Assembly: GCA_963667845.2 (NCBI GenBank)
Contig: CAXXVL010000001.1
Location: 512,001-576,000 of the forward strand
DNA from: Smithellaceae bacterium
GTDB lineage: Bacteria > Desulfobacterota > Syntrophia > Syntrophales > Smithellaceae
Reading direction: 5' to 3'
DNA: 64,000 bases
Positions within the stretch are counted from its first letter, which is position 1, and each line of letters starts with the position of its first letter. This document shows, one piece after another, positions 10,337 through 20,577 of the stretch. The notes below the pieces were generated by a model that ran no database searches, was not told the DNA's origin, and was given only the letters and a program-made list of their open reading frames with translations. The translations under genes and the position numbers were made by a program.

Positions 10337-12007
10337 ATGGGAATGATTAATGGCGGTCATCTGGTCGGTAAATATTTGAAAGAAGTGGAGCACGTTGAAA
10401 TCGTGTTCGGCATTTCCGGCGGACACCTGGAGTCGATCCTGGACAGCTTCACCGAGTATAAAATTCGCACCATTGACGTCCGGCATGAGCAGGCGGCGGC
10501 GATGATGGCGCATGCCTGGTACGTCTATACCGGGAAGCCCGGCGTATGCTTCCTCACGGCGGGGCCCGGGTTCACCAACGGACTGACCGGGATTGCTAAC
10601 GCCTACCTGGACAATGCGCCGCTCGTTGTAATCTGCGGCAAGCACCCGCTGAAGGACGATCTCAAGGGTGCGCTTCAGGAAATGAACCAGCTGGATGTGG
10701 TCAAACCGATCACCAAATGGGCCGCCACCTGTTACGACATCAAGCGGATACCGGAATACCTGGCGATTGCCTTCCGGCAGGCCCTGGAGGGGAGGCCCGG
10801 TCCGGTAATGCTGGAGCTGCCGCCCGACATCCTCAACATCCGGGTTGACGAATCTGAGGTGCCGATGCCGGGCCTGCCCACCCGTAAATACACGGTCCAT
10901 CCCGACGACGCCGATCTCACGGCCGCGGCGGAACTGATCAACAATGCGCAGAAACCCTTCTTTATCGGAGGAACCGGCTTAGGGTTCAGTGCCTGTTCGG
11001 AATGTCTCGGGCAGTTTATCGATCAAACGGGGATGCCCTTCATCCTGCTCAACAACGGAAGGGGCGCGCTTCCCGACAATCATCCCTTATCCATCTGGGA
11101 TTGCGGCAATGTCGGCCTGATGCTGGCTGTTGCCCAGGCGGACGTGCTTGTTGTCGCGGGGATTCGCTTAAACTGGCTTTTGCAGTCGGGGGGCATCATT
11201 CCTCCGGCGGCCAAAGTCGTGCGGATTGATATCGACCCGCATGAAATCGACCGGAATCGCGTGGCCGATGCCGGACTGGTAGGCGATGCCGGCTCCGTGC
11301 TGGGCGAGCTCAATGGCCTGCTTGTCAAAAAGGACCGCGGCGAATGGGTGACCATGCTGAGAGCAGCCGGCCTGGCGATGATTGACGGGGAACTGAAAAT
11401 CCGCGAGACGGCATCCGCCCCCATCCATCCGATCCGCCTGGCCGAGCAGATCCGGAAATATGTGGGTGATGACGCGCTCTACGTCATTGACGGCGGCGAC
11501 ACCTCTTATTTCGGATTGGTCGGGTTTATGTCCCGGCACAAAGCGGGCGTGATCAGTCAATCTTCGGGACTCCTGGGATGCCTCGGCACCGGCATTCCCT
11601 TCGCCATGGCGGCAAAGCTCGCGCATCCCGAGATGAAAGTATTGCTCCTCAACGGCGACGGATCGTTCGGGTTTAACGCGATGGAATTCGACACCATGGT
11701 GCGGCACAATATCCCGGTCGTCTGCGTGGTCAACAACGACTGCGCCTGGGGCATGATCAAACATACGCAGGAAATGTCCATCGGCAAAGAAAGGCTTCAG
11801 TGCTCGGAACTGGGCACGCGGCACTATGAAAAAATGGTGGAAGGGCTGGGCGGACACGGTGAATTTGTCGCCAAAGACGAGGAGATCATCCCCGCACTTA
11901 CACGCGCCTTCGCGTCCGGCAAGCCGGCCTGTGTGAACGTGATGACCGATCCGACCGTCACCAGTCCGGCATCGGTGCTGTTCTATCAGTCTCTAAAGAT
12001 GGAATGA
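10337..12007 (+). CDS. Thiamine diphosphate-dependent enzyme (acetolactate synthase/2-hydroxyacyl-CoA lyase-like)
   Basis: RHEQAAAMMA, TAGPG, GRPGPV, GDGSFGFN...VNNDCAWG ThDP motif. Confidence 0.9.
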   Translation: MGMINGGHLVGKYLKEVEHVEIVFGISGGHLESILDSFTEYKIRTIDVRHEQAAAMMAHAWYVYTGKPGVCFLTAGPGFTNGLTGIANAYLDNAPLVVICGKHPLKDDLKGALQEMNQLDVVKPITKWAATCYDIKRIPEYLAIAFRQALEGRPGPVMLELPPDILNIRVDESEVPMPGLPTRKYTVHPDDADLTAAAELINNAQKPFFIGGTGLGFSACSECLGQFIDQTGMPFILLNNGRGALPDNHPLSIWDCGNVGLMLAVAQADVLVVAGIRLNWLLQSGGIIPPAAKVVRIDIDPHEIDRNRVADAGLVGDAGSVLGELNGLLVKKDRGEWVTMLRAAGLAMIDGELKIRETASAPIHPIRLAEQIRKYVGDDALYVIDGGDTSYFGLVGFMSRHKAGVISQSSGLLGCLGTGIPFAMAAKLAHPEMKVLLLNGDGSFGFNAMEFDTMVRHNIPVVCVVNNDCAWGMIKHTQEMSIGKERLQCSELGTRHYEKMVEGLGGHGEFVAKDEEIIPALTRAFASGKPACVNVMTDPTVTSPASVLFYQSLKME

Positions 12008-12134
12008 CACCATAAGGTCGCTTAGCTTATGCGCTTCAGGGAAAGTCCCGCCGCGCCGCGTGAAGGATTCAAAGATTCTAAATGATAAAAGCAGGATTTC
12101 TCGCTTCGCATGGACAAAGAAGGGAGTATAATCG

Positions 12135-13349
12135 ATGAAAGCGCTGCAGTTTAATGTCAATGTGCCGAAGTTTTTAATCATCCAGGCGCTCAGGCCCGTG
12201 AGTGCGAGCTTTTGCTATCGGGGGCCATTCTCCACGGTTGCGCTTGTCGATATTCCGGAGCCGAAACTCCCGTCACCCGAGTGGGTCAAGATCAGGACGC
12301 GGCTCTGCGGGGTCTGCGGCAGCGACATGAATCTCCTTTTCCTGAAAGATTCGCCGACCGCGTCGCCCTTCACCTCCTTTCCCTGCGTGCCGGGGCACGA
12401 AATCTGCGGCGAGGTTGTGGAAACAGGTCCGGACGTTTCGCGTTGCAAAAGCGGCGACCTGGTTGCCGTCGTTCCGTCCCTCAACTGTCCTACTCGGGCG
12501 ATTCAGCCCTTTTGCCCCAGCTGCGCCGCAGGATTAATCGCCAATTGCGAGAATTTTGCCGAGGGCGCGTTCTCGCCGGGGATGTTCATCGGCATCTGCA
12601 AAGACATCAACGGCGGGTTTGCCGAGTATCTCGTGGCGCATAAAAGCCAGGTCTATGTTGTGCCCGAAGGCGTATCGCCGGAATCGGCGGTGCTTACCGA
12701 ACCGCTGTCCGTGGGTTTGCAGGCCGTGCTGGACAACCGGCCTGCGGACGCCGATCGCGTGCTGGTGATCGGCGGCGGCGTCATCGGCGCCATGGTGGTG
12801 AAGTGCATGCGCGCCTTAGACAGTGCCTGCGATATCACCGTTGTCGAGCCGTCGTCTTTTGCCGCCGGGTATGTGAAGTCGTGCGGCGCCAACCGGACCA
12901 TCAAAGGCGGGATCATTGACGCGGCCGTCGAAATAGCAGGCGGCCGGGCTTATCAGCCGATGCTCGGCTGTCGCGTCGTGATGGGCGGCTTTGACAAGGT
13001 CTATGATACGGTGGGCCATGCCGACACATTGAATATGGCTTTGCGCGTCACGGCGACAAACGGCATCCTCTCCGTCATCGGCATCGGCAAGGAAGTAAAG
13101 CTGGATCTCACGACCCTGTGGCTCAAGCTGCAGACCGTCAAAGGCTGTTACGGCTATCGCTACAACAACATCGGAGGCGTCGCCAACCATGCCTTTCAAA
13201 TGGCGCTGGATTTAATTTCGTCCCGAAAAATAACGGTGGAGGACATGCTGACCCACAAATTTCCGCTTTCGCAATACCGGGAATTGATCGAGGTCAACGT
13301 CAAAAAAGAGGCCAACCGGGCCATGAAAACAGCCGTCAGTTTTGAATAG
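12135..13349 (+). CDS. Zinc-dependent alcohol dehydrogenase (MDR family)
   Basis: GVCGSD, PGHE, structural Zn cysteines, GGGVIG. Confidence 0.9.
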   Translation: MKALQFNVNVPKFLIIQALRPVSASFCYRGPFSTVALVDIPEPKLPSPEWVKIRTRLCGVCGSDMNLLFLKDSPTASPFTSFPCVPGHEICGEVVETGPDVSRCKSGDLVAVVPSLNCPTRAIQPFCPSCAAGLIANCENFAEGAFSPGMFIGICKDINGGFAEYLVAHKSQVYVVPEGVSPESAVLTEPLSVGLQAVLDNRPADADRVLVIGGGVIGAMVVKCMRALDSACDITVVEPSSFAAGYVKSCGANRTIKGGIIDAAVEIAGGRAYQPMLGCRVVMGGFDKVYDTVGHADTLNMALRVTATNGILSVIGIGKEVKLDLTTLWLKLQTVKGCYGYRYNNIGGVANHAFQMALDLISSRKITVEDMLTHKFPLSQYRELIEVNVKKEANRAMKTAVSFE

Positions 13350-13364
13350 ATCAGGGAGGCAGCC

Positions 13365-13925
13365 ATGCGAGAAGCCGCTAAAAATGCTTTCAGTCAGATG
13401 AAACTTCCCCGTGTCAGCCAGATCGGTATTCTGGTGCAAGATATTCCCGAAGCGGTGGCGTCTTATGCAAAACTCCTGAACATCGGGTGCTGGTACCGCT
13501 CGAACACCTTGAAAAATGAGGCCGCCTACCGGGGCAAACCCGTCAGCATCGACGTGGACATCGTCCTTGCCTTTCAGGGCGGCATGGAGATTGAGCTGAT
13601 CCAGGTTATAGGAAAAGAGGAGAATGTTTATTCCGACATGCTGGCCAAAAACGGCGGCGGCATCCACCACCTCGGGTTTAGCGTTTCGGGCTATGACCGG
13701 AAGCTCGCCCAGATGAAAGCAAACGGGATTGAAGTGCTCCAGTCCGGCGTCATCACGACCAGAGGATCGGCAATAACCCGCTATGCCTACCTCGACACCA
13801 TCAAACAGTGCGGCATCATATCGGAATTGATCACCACAACCCTGAAGGGACTCCGGATGCCGCACGGCAGTCTGATCATGGACATCGGCTGCCTGACCGG
13901 CGATGTGGAGCGCGTCAACGTCTAA
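13365..13925 (+). CDS. VOC/glyoxalase family protein (methylmalonyl-CoA epimerase-like)
   Basis: QIGILVQDI, EIELIQ, GGIHHLGF, YAYLDT. Confidence 0.8.
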   Translation: MREAAKNAFSQMKLPRVSQIGILVQDIPEAVASYAKLLNIGCWYRSNTLKNEAAYRGKPVSIDVDIVLAFQGGMEIELIQVIGKEENVYSDMLAKNGGGIHHLGFSVSGYDRKLAQMKANGIEVLQSGVITTRGSAITRYAYLDTIKQCGIISELITTTLKGLRMPHGSLIMDIGCLTGDVERVNV

Positions 13926-14171
13926 CCGGTCTTCCGGCACAGGGCTGGTGCGGGATTAAGGCGGATTCTATTTATTGATGCACCTGGCGGCCCTGTTATT
14001 ACTGCTGCCCGGTTTCTTCCGGCTGATAGATTTGTCCTACCAGAAAACTTCTATAAAATGCTTATCGACTTAACCTTGCTGCATTCTTAATTTACGATAA
14101 AGATTAAGCAAACCGGTGATAATGCGCTCTGTCGGCAGGGACGTATGTCAGCCGAAATAAAGGAGGCCAAC

Positions 14172-15905
14172 ATGTTTTTTGCAAAGCCAAACTTACACCG
14201 GCTCTCGCCGCTTGGCCGCGGCAGCAGCACTCATTCAGCAGCTGTCAGAGACCTGCACCCATCTCCCGCTGCCATCGCAAAGCGGATTTTGCTTTTCCTG
14301 GGTGTTGCGATCTGTTGCCTTTCCCTTGCCGCCTGCTCGGGCGATGACCCGCCCGGCGATCCGGCTTTTACGCTCATTGCCTGGAATGACCTGGGGATGC
14401 ACTGCATCGATCATGACTATTCGGTCTTCGCGATTCTGCCGCCTTACAATAACCTTCACGCGCAGTTAATCAGTGATGCTTCGGGCAAGCCGGTTACGTC
14501 CGGGGTGACGATTACCTATGAAGCGGTGCGCGATCCGGCAGGATCGATCAACACGACGAGTTTTCCAAAAACGAACTTCTGGGATTGGGTCCTCACGATC
14601 TTCGGCGTTAAACCCGCCAACGATATCGGACTTGCTGGGAATCCGGTTCAAAGCCTGACCCCTGCCGCGATGACCTTTGACGCCGTAAACGGCTATTGGA
14701 AGGCGGACGGCATTCCCGCTGTTCCATATGATGATGCCGGAAATACGAACTACTATCCGATGGTGAAAGTTGTGGCAAGGGATGCAGCAGGCACGATATT
14801 GGCCGTGACAAAAACCGTTCTTCCCGTGAGTGACGAGATGACCTGCCGGCAGTGCCACACATCCAATACGGGCGACCCTGCGGCCATGCCTGCCGCCGGC
14901 TGGGTCAACGACCCCAATCCTGAAAAAGACTGGAAGCGCAATATTCTTGCCCTCCATGATGACCGAAATCTCGGCAAGACTCTGTACACGGATGCGCTTG
15001 GGGCAAAGGGCTTTGAGGCTGCCGGACTGCTCGCTACATCGGATGGCGGACGGCCGATGCTCTGCGCATCCTGTCATCCCTCCAATGCACTCGGCACGGC
15101 GGGTGTTGCCGGGATCAACCAGCTGACGATTTCAATGCATTCCTGGCACGGAACGCACGCCATGGATGACGCGACGGGTCTCCCCCTGGATTCATCGACC
15201 AGCAGGGACGCCTGTTATCTGTGTCACCCGGGTTCGACAACGCAGTGCCTGCGCGGTGTCATGGGAAATGCCAGAACGCCGGCCGGCGATCTGCTCTTGC
15301 AATGCCAGAGCTGCCACGGTACGATGTCCGTGGTCGGGGCGGCGGGCCGCCGGGGGTGGCTCGATCTGCCCACCTGCGACGGATGCCATTACCGGTCCGC
15401 TGTCACCGGGAGCTACGTGCGCGATATCTCACCGTTTGCCGCTCCCGGTGTCTGGCGCACGCCCGGCGGTCTTTTCGGCACGAATTCCCGGTTATACAAA
15501 TTGGCGTCGACTCACGGCGCGCAGTGTGAAGCCTGTCACGGTTCAACCCATGCCGAGTACCCGTCTTCAACGTTAAACGACAACGTTCAGTCGATCCTGC
15601 TTCAGGGCTATGCGGGAAAGATCACAGACTGCACAGTTTGTCACGCCAATCTGCCGCTTTCCAAAGACGGCGGGCCGCACGGACTGCACACCATCGGCCA
15701 GGCCTGGGTAAATGCACATGGCAACCTTGTCAATATCAACGTGGATCAATGCAATACCTGCCATGGAAATGATTACAGAGGAATGTTCCTGTCCAAGACG
15801 GCGACGGCCAGAACCTTTACGGTCGGAGGCAGTGCGAAAAGTCTTACCGCCGGGGCAATGGTTGGCTGCTATGACTGCCACAACGGACCGTCCGGAACTT
15901 TTTAA
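14172..15905 (+). CDS. Nonaheme c-type cytochrome lipoprotein
   Basis: Nine CxxCH motifs (CRQCH, CASCH, CYLCH, CQSCH, CDGCH, CEACH, CTVCH, CNTCH, CYDCH); LAAC lipobox; start after AAGGAGG, uncertain. Confidence 0.85.
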   Translation: MFFAKPNLHRLSPLGRGSSTHSAAVRDLHPSPAAIAKRILLFLGVAICCLSLAACSGDDPPGDPAFTLIAWNDLGMHCIDHDYSVFAILPPYNNLHAQLISDASGKPVTSGVTITYEAVRDPAGSINTTSFPKTNFWDWVLTIFGVKPANDIGLAGNPVQSLTPAAMTFDAVNGYWKADGIPAVPYDDAGNTNYYPMVKVVARDAAGTILAVTKTVLPVSDEMTCRQCHTSNTGDPAAMPAAGWVNDPNPEKDWKRNILALHDDRNLGKTLYTDALGAKGFEAAGLLATSDGGRPMLCASCHPSNALGTAGVAGINQLTISMHSWHGTHAMDDATGLPLDSSTSRDACYLCHPGSTTQCLRGVMGNARTPAGDLLLQCQSCHGTMSVVGAAGRRGWLDLPTCDGCHYRSAVTGSYVRDISPFAAPGVWRTPGGLFGTNSRLYKLASTHGAQCEACHGSTHAEYPSSTLNDNVQSILLQGYAGKITDCTVCHANLPLSKDGGPHGLHTIGQAWVNAHGNLVNINVDQCNTCHGNDYRGMFLSKTATARTFTVGGSAKSLTAGAMVGCYDCHNGPSGTF

Positions 15906-15951
15906 ACGTGTTCGATCGCTCGAGTCAAGAAACGAGAAAGGGGATATCCGT

Positions 15952-16211
15952 ATGAAACTCAATATTAAGGCATTCCACTGACTTGCGGCATCGTCTGGGG
16001 GCTGGGGCTCTTTTTCCTGACCTGGTGGCTGATCGTCCTTGACGGGTCTACGGGAGAACCTACACTCATCGGCAGGCTGTACCGGGGTTATACGATCTCT
16101 CCTTTCGGCAGCTTCATCGGATTGATCTGGGCGTTTTTTGACGGACTGATTGGCGGGGCCGTATTTGCGTGGCTCTATAACACAATAACGGGTTCGGCAA
16201 AGTCCGGTTAA
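15952..16211 (+). pseudogene. Small two-TM holin-like membrane protein with a 1-nt frameshift
   Basis: ATG...GCA TTC CAC TGA; restoring one base gives MKLNIKAF(A)LTCGIVWGLGLFFLTWW...YRGYTISPFGS...FAWLYN...TAA. The span is 260 nt (3n-1). Confidence 0.75.
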
Positions 16212-16353
16212 TGTGGAAAAGAAGTATAGAACAAATCAGCGCACGAAAGAGGCGAATCCGCGCTGACGATGCCGACGGGTGTCGGCCGATCAGAGCGGAG
16301 AGGATTCAAATTCGCTGAGTGAAGGGCAGGGAGACCGAAAGATCGGGAATAGC

Positions 16354-17166
16354 ATGATGAAAAAATATCGCAGCTTACTGGTGATCGCCTGCTGCCTGAT
16401 TCTATCTGCCTGCGCCTCGACGCGGGATCTGGAAAAGGCAAGAGAGGACATGGGCCGTCGTGCGGACCAACTCCAGCAGAAGTCCGATACGCTGGATCGC
16501 CGGATCATGTCGCTGGAAACTGAGACGCAGGAACTGAAAAAAGGGTCCCAGGTGATGAGGCAAACGGAAGCAGGGGAGGTCGCCGATATCGATGATACCC
16601 GTGACAGGATGAATCAGTTGAGGGGCCGGATCGAGGTGTTGGAAAAGAACGCTACCGATATGAAAAACGATCTCACGGGTATGCAGGCAAGACTTGCCTT
16701 TCTGATGAAATACCTGGACCTCGATCATCAAAAATCCAAAATCGAAGCCCCCGATTCCGGACCGGCAAAGAGTGCCGGCGTGAAAGCGAAAACCAATGGA
16801 GACGAGGCCTATGAAATCGCCTGGAACAATTTCCGGGATGAAAATTTTGCCAGGGCGCGAAGTGAATTTGAAGCGTATCTGGCCGGCTATCCCAATGAAA
16901 GCAAAGCGGCCGATGCCTGCTTTTGGATAGCAGAATGCTACTATTTCGAAAATAATTTCGATAAGGCGGTGCTGCAGTATGATAAAGTCGTAAAGGATTA
17001 TCCTCAGTCGGGCAAGGTGCCCCGGGCTTTGTACAAGGAGGGGTTGAGCTTTTATCAATTGAACGACAAGATAACGGCAAAACTTCTTTTGCAGCAGGTG
17101 GCCGAGACGTACCCCGATACCCTCGAAGCGAAAATCGCTCAGAAAAAAATAGACGAAATGAAATAA
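16354..17166 (+). CDS. cpoB: Tol-Pal associated CpoB/YbgF-like TPR lipoprotein
   Basis: LSAC lipobox, coiled coil, TPRs (AYEIAW...DACFWIAECYY...YPQSGKVPRALYKEG). Confidence 0.75.
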   Translation: MMKKYRSLLVIACCLILSACASTRDLEKAREDMGRRADQLQQKSDTLDRRIMSLETETQELKKGSQVMRQTEAGEVADIDDTRDRMNQLRGRIEVLEKNATDMKNDLTGMQARLAFLMKYLDLDHQKSKIEAPDSGPAKSAGVKAKTNGDEAYEIAWNNFRDENFARARSEFEAYLAGYPNESKAADACFWIAECYYFENNFDKAVLQYDKVVKDYPQSGKVPRALYKEGLSFYQLNDKITAKLLLQQVAETYPDTLEAKIAQKKIDEMK

Positions 17167-17184
17167 AGCGGAGCAAACATTCGT

Positions 17185-17748
17185 TCAGTGATGTTCCTTA
17201 TGATTGCAGTTATGCAGGATCATAATTGCGGAAAAAGAAGCTCCGACCAGGATGACCGATCTTAACGCGGCAAAAAAGAGGGTATAGGTCAATGCCGAAT
17301 ACAGTGCGCGTTCCAGCGATTGTACGGATGGCTGAAGAAGGGCTCTCCAAATCATCACCTGAAAAAATAGAAAGATGATAATCGGCAGGGCCGCCTGCGT
17401 CCAGTACAGGGTTTTAAACTGGACGCGATCCTCAAGAGTCATGACACGCAGCCAACTGAGCTCCTTGTAATGCGACAGCATCAGGGCCAGAGTATTCGCC
17501 ACGACAATGCCCACCAGCGCCGGAACCCAGGTTTCATCCTCCATCAGCCGAAAAGAAATAAGAAAACAGCAGGAAAAATAAAGGAAGCAGGAAAATCCGG
17601 CTGCCCATACCCAGGAGGCGAAATGTGAAAAATCACCGATGCTGTCTATTCTCGAAATGGCCGTCGTATAGGCAAAGACGAGCGATATCAGCACCAGGCC
17701 GAAGAGCGTACCGGCCACTTGAGCGAGAGCCGAAAAACCTGATTCCAT
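17185..17748 (-). CDS. Hypothetical membrane protein
   Basis: About 5 hydrophobic segments; RBS AGGAG before ATG 17748. Confidence 0.65.
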   Translation of the reverse strand: MESGFSALAQVAGTLFGLVLISLVFAYTTAISRIDSIGDFSHFASWVWAAGFSCFLYFSCCFLISFRLMEDETWVPALVGIVVANTLALMLSHYKELSWLRVMTLEDRVQFKTLYWTQAALPIIIFLFFQVMIWRALLQPSVQSLERALYSALTYTLFFAALRSVILVGASFSAIMILHNCNHKEHH

Positions 17749-18072
17749 AGGGTCTCCTATTGCCAAATCTGACAACTTTCATTGTCTGAATATTATCGAG
17801 TATGCAGATTAACTACATTGTCTTAAAAGTAATAATTATTCTTTAAACGTAAATGGTATTTTCTCTGAAAAACATGGGAATACCAAACTAATTGTCAGCG
17901 ACTTTCTTTGCTTCCCATCACTTGGGCGCCGGTATTCTGCCCGCTCGCCTCACAAGCATTGAATAGACACTGACCGCCTGAATCATTAAATTATGTGTGT
18001 CCGGCGATAGCGAAGATATATAGATGCAGATACAGAAGCATTTCCTGACGAACGATACATGCAAATTGGACT

Positions 18073-19377
18073 ATGGGCGCCAAATCTTACATCGAAAAAA
18101 GAAGATCATCCCTTAAATTTCTGATGCGGGCTCTTGCTTACAGAAACTACCGGTTATTTTTCGGCGGGCAGGGCCTTTCTCTGATCGGGACATGGATGCA
18201 GCAGATCGCCATGAGCTGGCTTGTCTATCGGCTGAGCGGCTCGGTATTTCTCCTGGGCCTGATTGGGTTTACCGGGCAGATTCCTACCGTCATCTTCGGC
18301 TCTTTTGCCGGTGTTTACGTGGATAGATTGAACCGCCGCAATTTACTGATTGCCACCCAGGCGTTTTCCATGATGCAGGCTCTCCTGTTGGCATTTCTGA
18401 CACTCACGGGTCTTATCGCCGTATGGCATCTGATTGTGCTGAGCATCGTTCTGGGCATCGTCAATGCTGTCGATGTCCCGGCCCGGCAATCCTTCGTCAT
18501 CGATCTTGTGGAAAATAAGCGTGACCTGGGCAATGCGATCGCCCTGAATTCCTTTATGTTCAATGGTGCAAAACTTGTGGGGCCATCGATTGCCGGCCTT
18601 TTGATCGCTTATGTCGGGGAGGGGGTTTGTTTCCTGGCAAACGGCGTCAGCTTTTTTGCCATCATTTTGGCGCTCACGGCGATAAAAACCAGTCCAAAGG
18701 TCCGCGAGAAAAGTCCCGGGGCCCTGCTCCATGAGCTCAAAGAGGGATTTCGCTATGTATCCCGTTTTACCCCCATCAAGTACATCCTCCTTCTCGTGGG
18801 AATGGTGAGTCTGTTGAGCATGCCGTATATCGTTTTGATGCCTGTCTTTGCGCGCGATATCCTGCACGGCGGTCCCCATACCCTGGGCTTCCTGATGGGT
18901 GCAACCGGAATCGGCGCGCTCGCCGGCGCTCTGTATCTCGCTTCCCGCAAGTCCGTGATCGGCCTCGGACGCATCATCACTTTTTCCACCTGCCTTTTAG
19001 GTTGCGGACTGATTGCCTTTTCATTTTCCCGCTATCTGCCGCTTTCCTTATTGATGATGCTGATTACGGGTTTCGGTATGATTGTATCCGCGGCATCCTG
19101 CAATACGATCGTGCAAACCATCGTGGACGAAGATAAGCGGGGCCGCGTCATGAGCTTTTACGCCATCGCCTTCATCGGGATGGCGCCGTTTGGCTCTCTG
19201 ATCGGAGGAAGCATTGCCCATAACATCGGCGCACCTCTCACGCTTGCCGGCTGCGGCGTTCTTTGCATTGTCGGCGCTGTCTTCTTCTACTATCGACTGC
19301 CGCAGATACGCAAATCGGTGCGGCCGATATACCTGCGCATGGGTATTATTCAGGAAATGCCTACGGAACTTCAGTAA
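18073..19377 (+). CDS. MFS transporter (MFS_3/EntS-like)
   Basis: RNYRLFFGGQGLSLIGTWMQ, D(R)LNRRNLL, PARQSF, GRVMS. Confidence 0.9.
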   Translation: MGAKSYIEKRRSSLKFLMRALAYRNYRLFFGGQGLSLIGTWMQQIAMSWLVYRLSGSVFLLGLIGFTGQIPTVIFGSFAGVYVDRLNRRNLLIATQAFSMMQALLLAFLTLTGLIAVWHLIVLSIVLGIVNAVDVPARQSFVIDLVENKRDLGNAIALNSFMFNGAKLVGPSIAGLLIAYVGEGVCFLANGVSFFAIILALTAIKTSPKVREKSPGALLHELKEGFRYVSRFTPIKYILLLVGMVSLLSMPYIVLMPVFARDILHGGPHTLGFLMGATGIGALAGALYLASRKSVIGLGRIITFSTCLLGCGLIAFSFSRYLPLSLLMMLITGFGMIVSAASCNTIVQTIVDEDKRGRVMSFYAIAFIGMAPFGSLIGGSIAHNIGAPLTLAGCGVLCIVGAVFFYYRLPQIRKSVRPIYLRMGIIQEMPTELQ

Positions 19378-19411
19378 GGGACGGCTTAATCGTAAGTCAT
19401 ATTTTTACAGA

Positions 19412-19480
19412 TAGGGAAAATGAATATCAGCGATTGATGCAATAACCTGGAATTTTAAGGACGGACCAAACTCACCTGAT
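19412..19480. repeat. ~70-bp dispersed repeat, copy 1 (copy 2 at ~23334-23402)
   Basis: ATAGGGAAAA...AATAACCTGGAATTTTAAG...AACTC(A/G)CCTG is shared by both sites. Confidence 0.75.
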
Positions 19481-19979
19481 TTTTTCTTTCTTCGAGAACA
19501 CTCAGAAAAAACCCCAATAAGGCTGTTGCAAATTCAGACATGTTTTCGATTCTGTCGGATTTGCCTGTTTCGATTATCTTCGTCCGGCAGATCGGACCGG
19601 CGACGGCCAATGCCGTATAGCCGGCATTATGGCCGTAAGGACTCTTCGCAGGACCCGCCGCGCCGCCTTCTCCGATCACCCAATCCGCCCCGGTCTTCTC
19701 TTTGAATTTGAGCGCGATATCCAGGATCAGTTCGGGTGTTGAACCGCCATATCGCTGGTGCTCTTTTCGCCCCATGGCCACAATCTGCTCACGGATCCGA
19801 TAACTGTATAAAACCGATCCACCGATAAAAAATGAAGATGCTCCCGGAACCGATAGCAGGCATGCGGATACCAGACCGCCGCTGCTGGATTCCGCAACAG
19901 CCAGCTTCTCATTTGCCGCCGCCAGCATTGCCGCAATTATTTTTACCATGTCCGTTTGTTGGGGAGTAATAAAACTCAT
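19455..19979 (-). CDS. CinA/PncC family nicotinamide-nucleotide amidohydrolase
   Basis: LAVAESSSGGLVS...PGASSFF...GAAGP. Confidence 0.85.
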   Translation of the reverse strand: MSFITPQQTDMVKIIAAMLAAANEKLAVAESSSGGLVSACLLSVPGASSFFIGGSVLYSYRIREQIVAMGRKEHQRYGGSTPELILDIALKFKEKTGADWVIGEGGAAGPAKSPYGHNAGYTALAVAGPICRTKIIETGKSDRIENMSEFATALLGFFLSVLEERKNQVSLVRP

Positions 19980-20072
19980 AAATTAAATACCATGCTTTCT
20001 CGCCGAATGGCAGTTTGAACTTCTCCCTGAAGTATGTGTCGCGGGATTCCACCCCGATTCCTCCCGAACAGT

Positions 20073-20414
20073 TTAATCCTTTTTGCCTTGCGGTTTTTTG
20101 ACGACTTCGGCAAGCCATTCGTTGACGTTCTTTTTTTCCTGCCCGGCGATCAGGGCTAAAATGCTATGAAGTGCAGGTTTCATGCGCACAACTGCGCGGC
20201 CGGCAGAAGGCTTTTCCGGCTCTTCGTTTCTTTCAGCGCAGCGATCAAGATAAGCGTCAACGGCTTTCTCAAAGGCTTGTCTGATTTCCGTTACGGACTC
20301 ACCTTGAAAAATTATGGAATCGCGAATATCGGAAATACAGCCGATAAGACATTGTTCTTTGTCGCTGTATTCAACCTTTGCCGAGTAGCCTTTATAGGTC
20401 ATTGGCTTGTCCAT
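20073..20414 (-). CDS. hicB: HicB family antitoxin
   Basis: MTYKGYSAKVEYS...FQGESVTEIRQAFEKAVDAYL...EPEKP...VRMKPALH; RBS GGAGGT. Confidence 0.9.
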   Translation of the reverse strand: MDKPMTYKGYSAKVEYSDKEQCLIGCISDIRDSIIFQGESVTEIRQAFEKAVDAYLDRCAERNEEPEKPSAGRAVVRMKPALHSILALIAGQEKKNVNEWLAEVVKKPQGKKD

Positions 20415-20435
20415 GGTTTTACCTCCATCTATGAA

Positions 20436-20561
20436 TCCCATCGATCAATTCATTGCCCGGCGCAAGAACCAAGCGCTGATTTTTTGCCATTCCAAATTCC
20501 GGGGAGCGGGTTCGAAAAATATCGCGGCCAAAATCCTGCGGTGAGCGCCTGATAAGCTTAG
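20436..20561 (-). pseudogene. hicA: Degraded hicA toxin remnant
   Basis: Minus-strand translation LSGAHRRILAAIFFEPAPRNLEWQKI, then after a frameshift RLVLAPGNELIDG; matches a HicA N-terminus. No start codon; C-terminal half absent. Confidence 0.65.
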
Positions 20562-20577
20562 TATGATACTAAATACA

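Noticed and set aside
14105..14160. c-di-GMP (GEMM) riboswitch before the cytochrome (GCAAACC...GGGACG)
   Set aside because: It lacks the GNRA-capped P2 stem and the GCAAAGC/receptor elements.
15952..16211. Prophage lysis module, or selenocysteine readthrough at the TGA
   Set aside because: There are no phage genes nearby, and the continuation needs a frameshift rather than stop readthrough.
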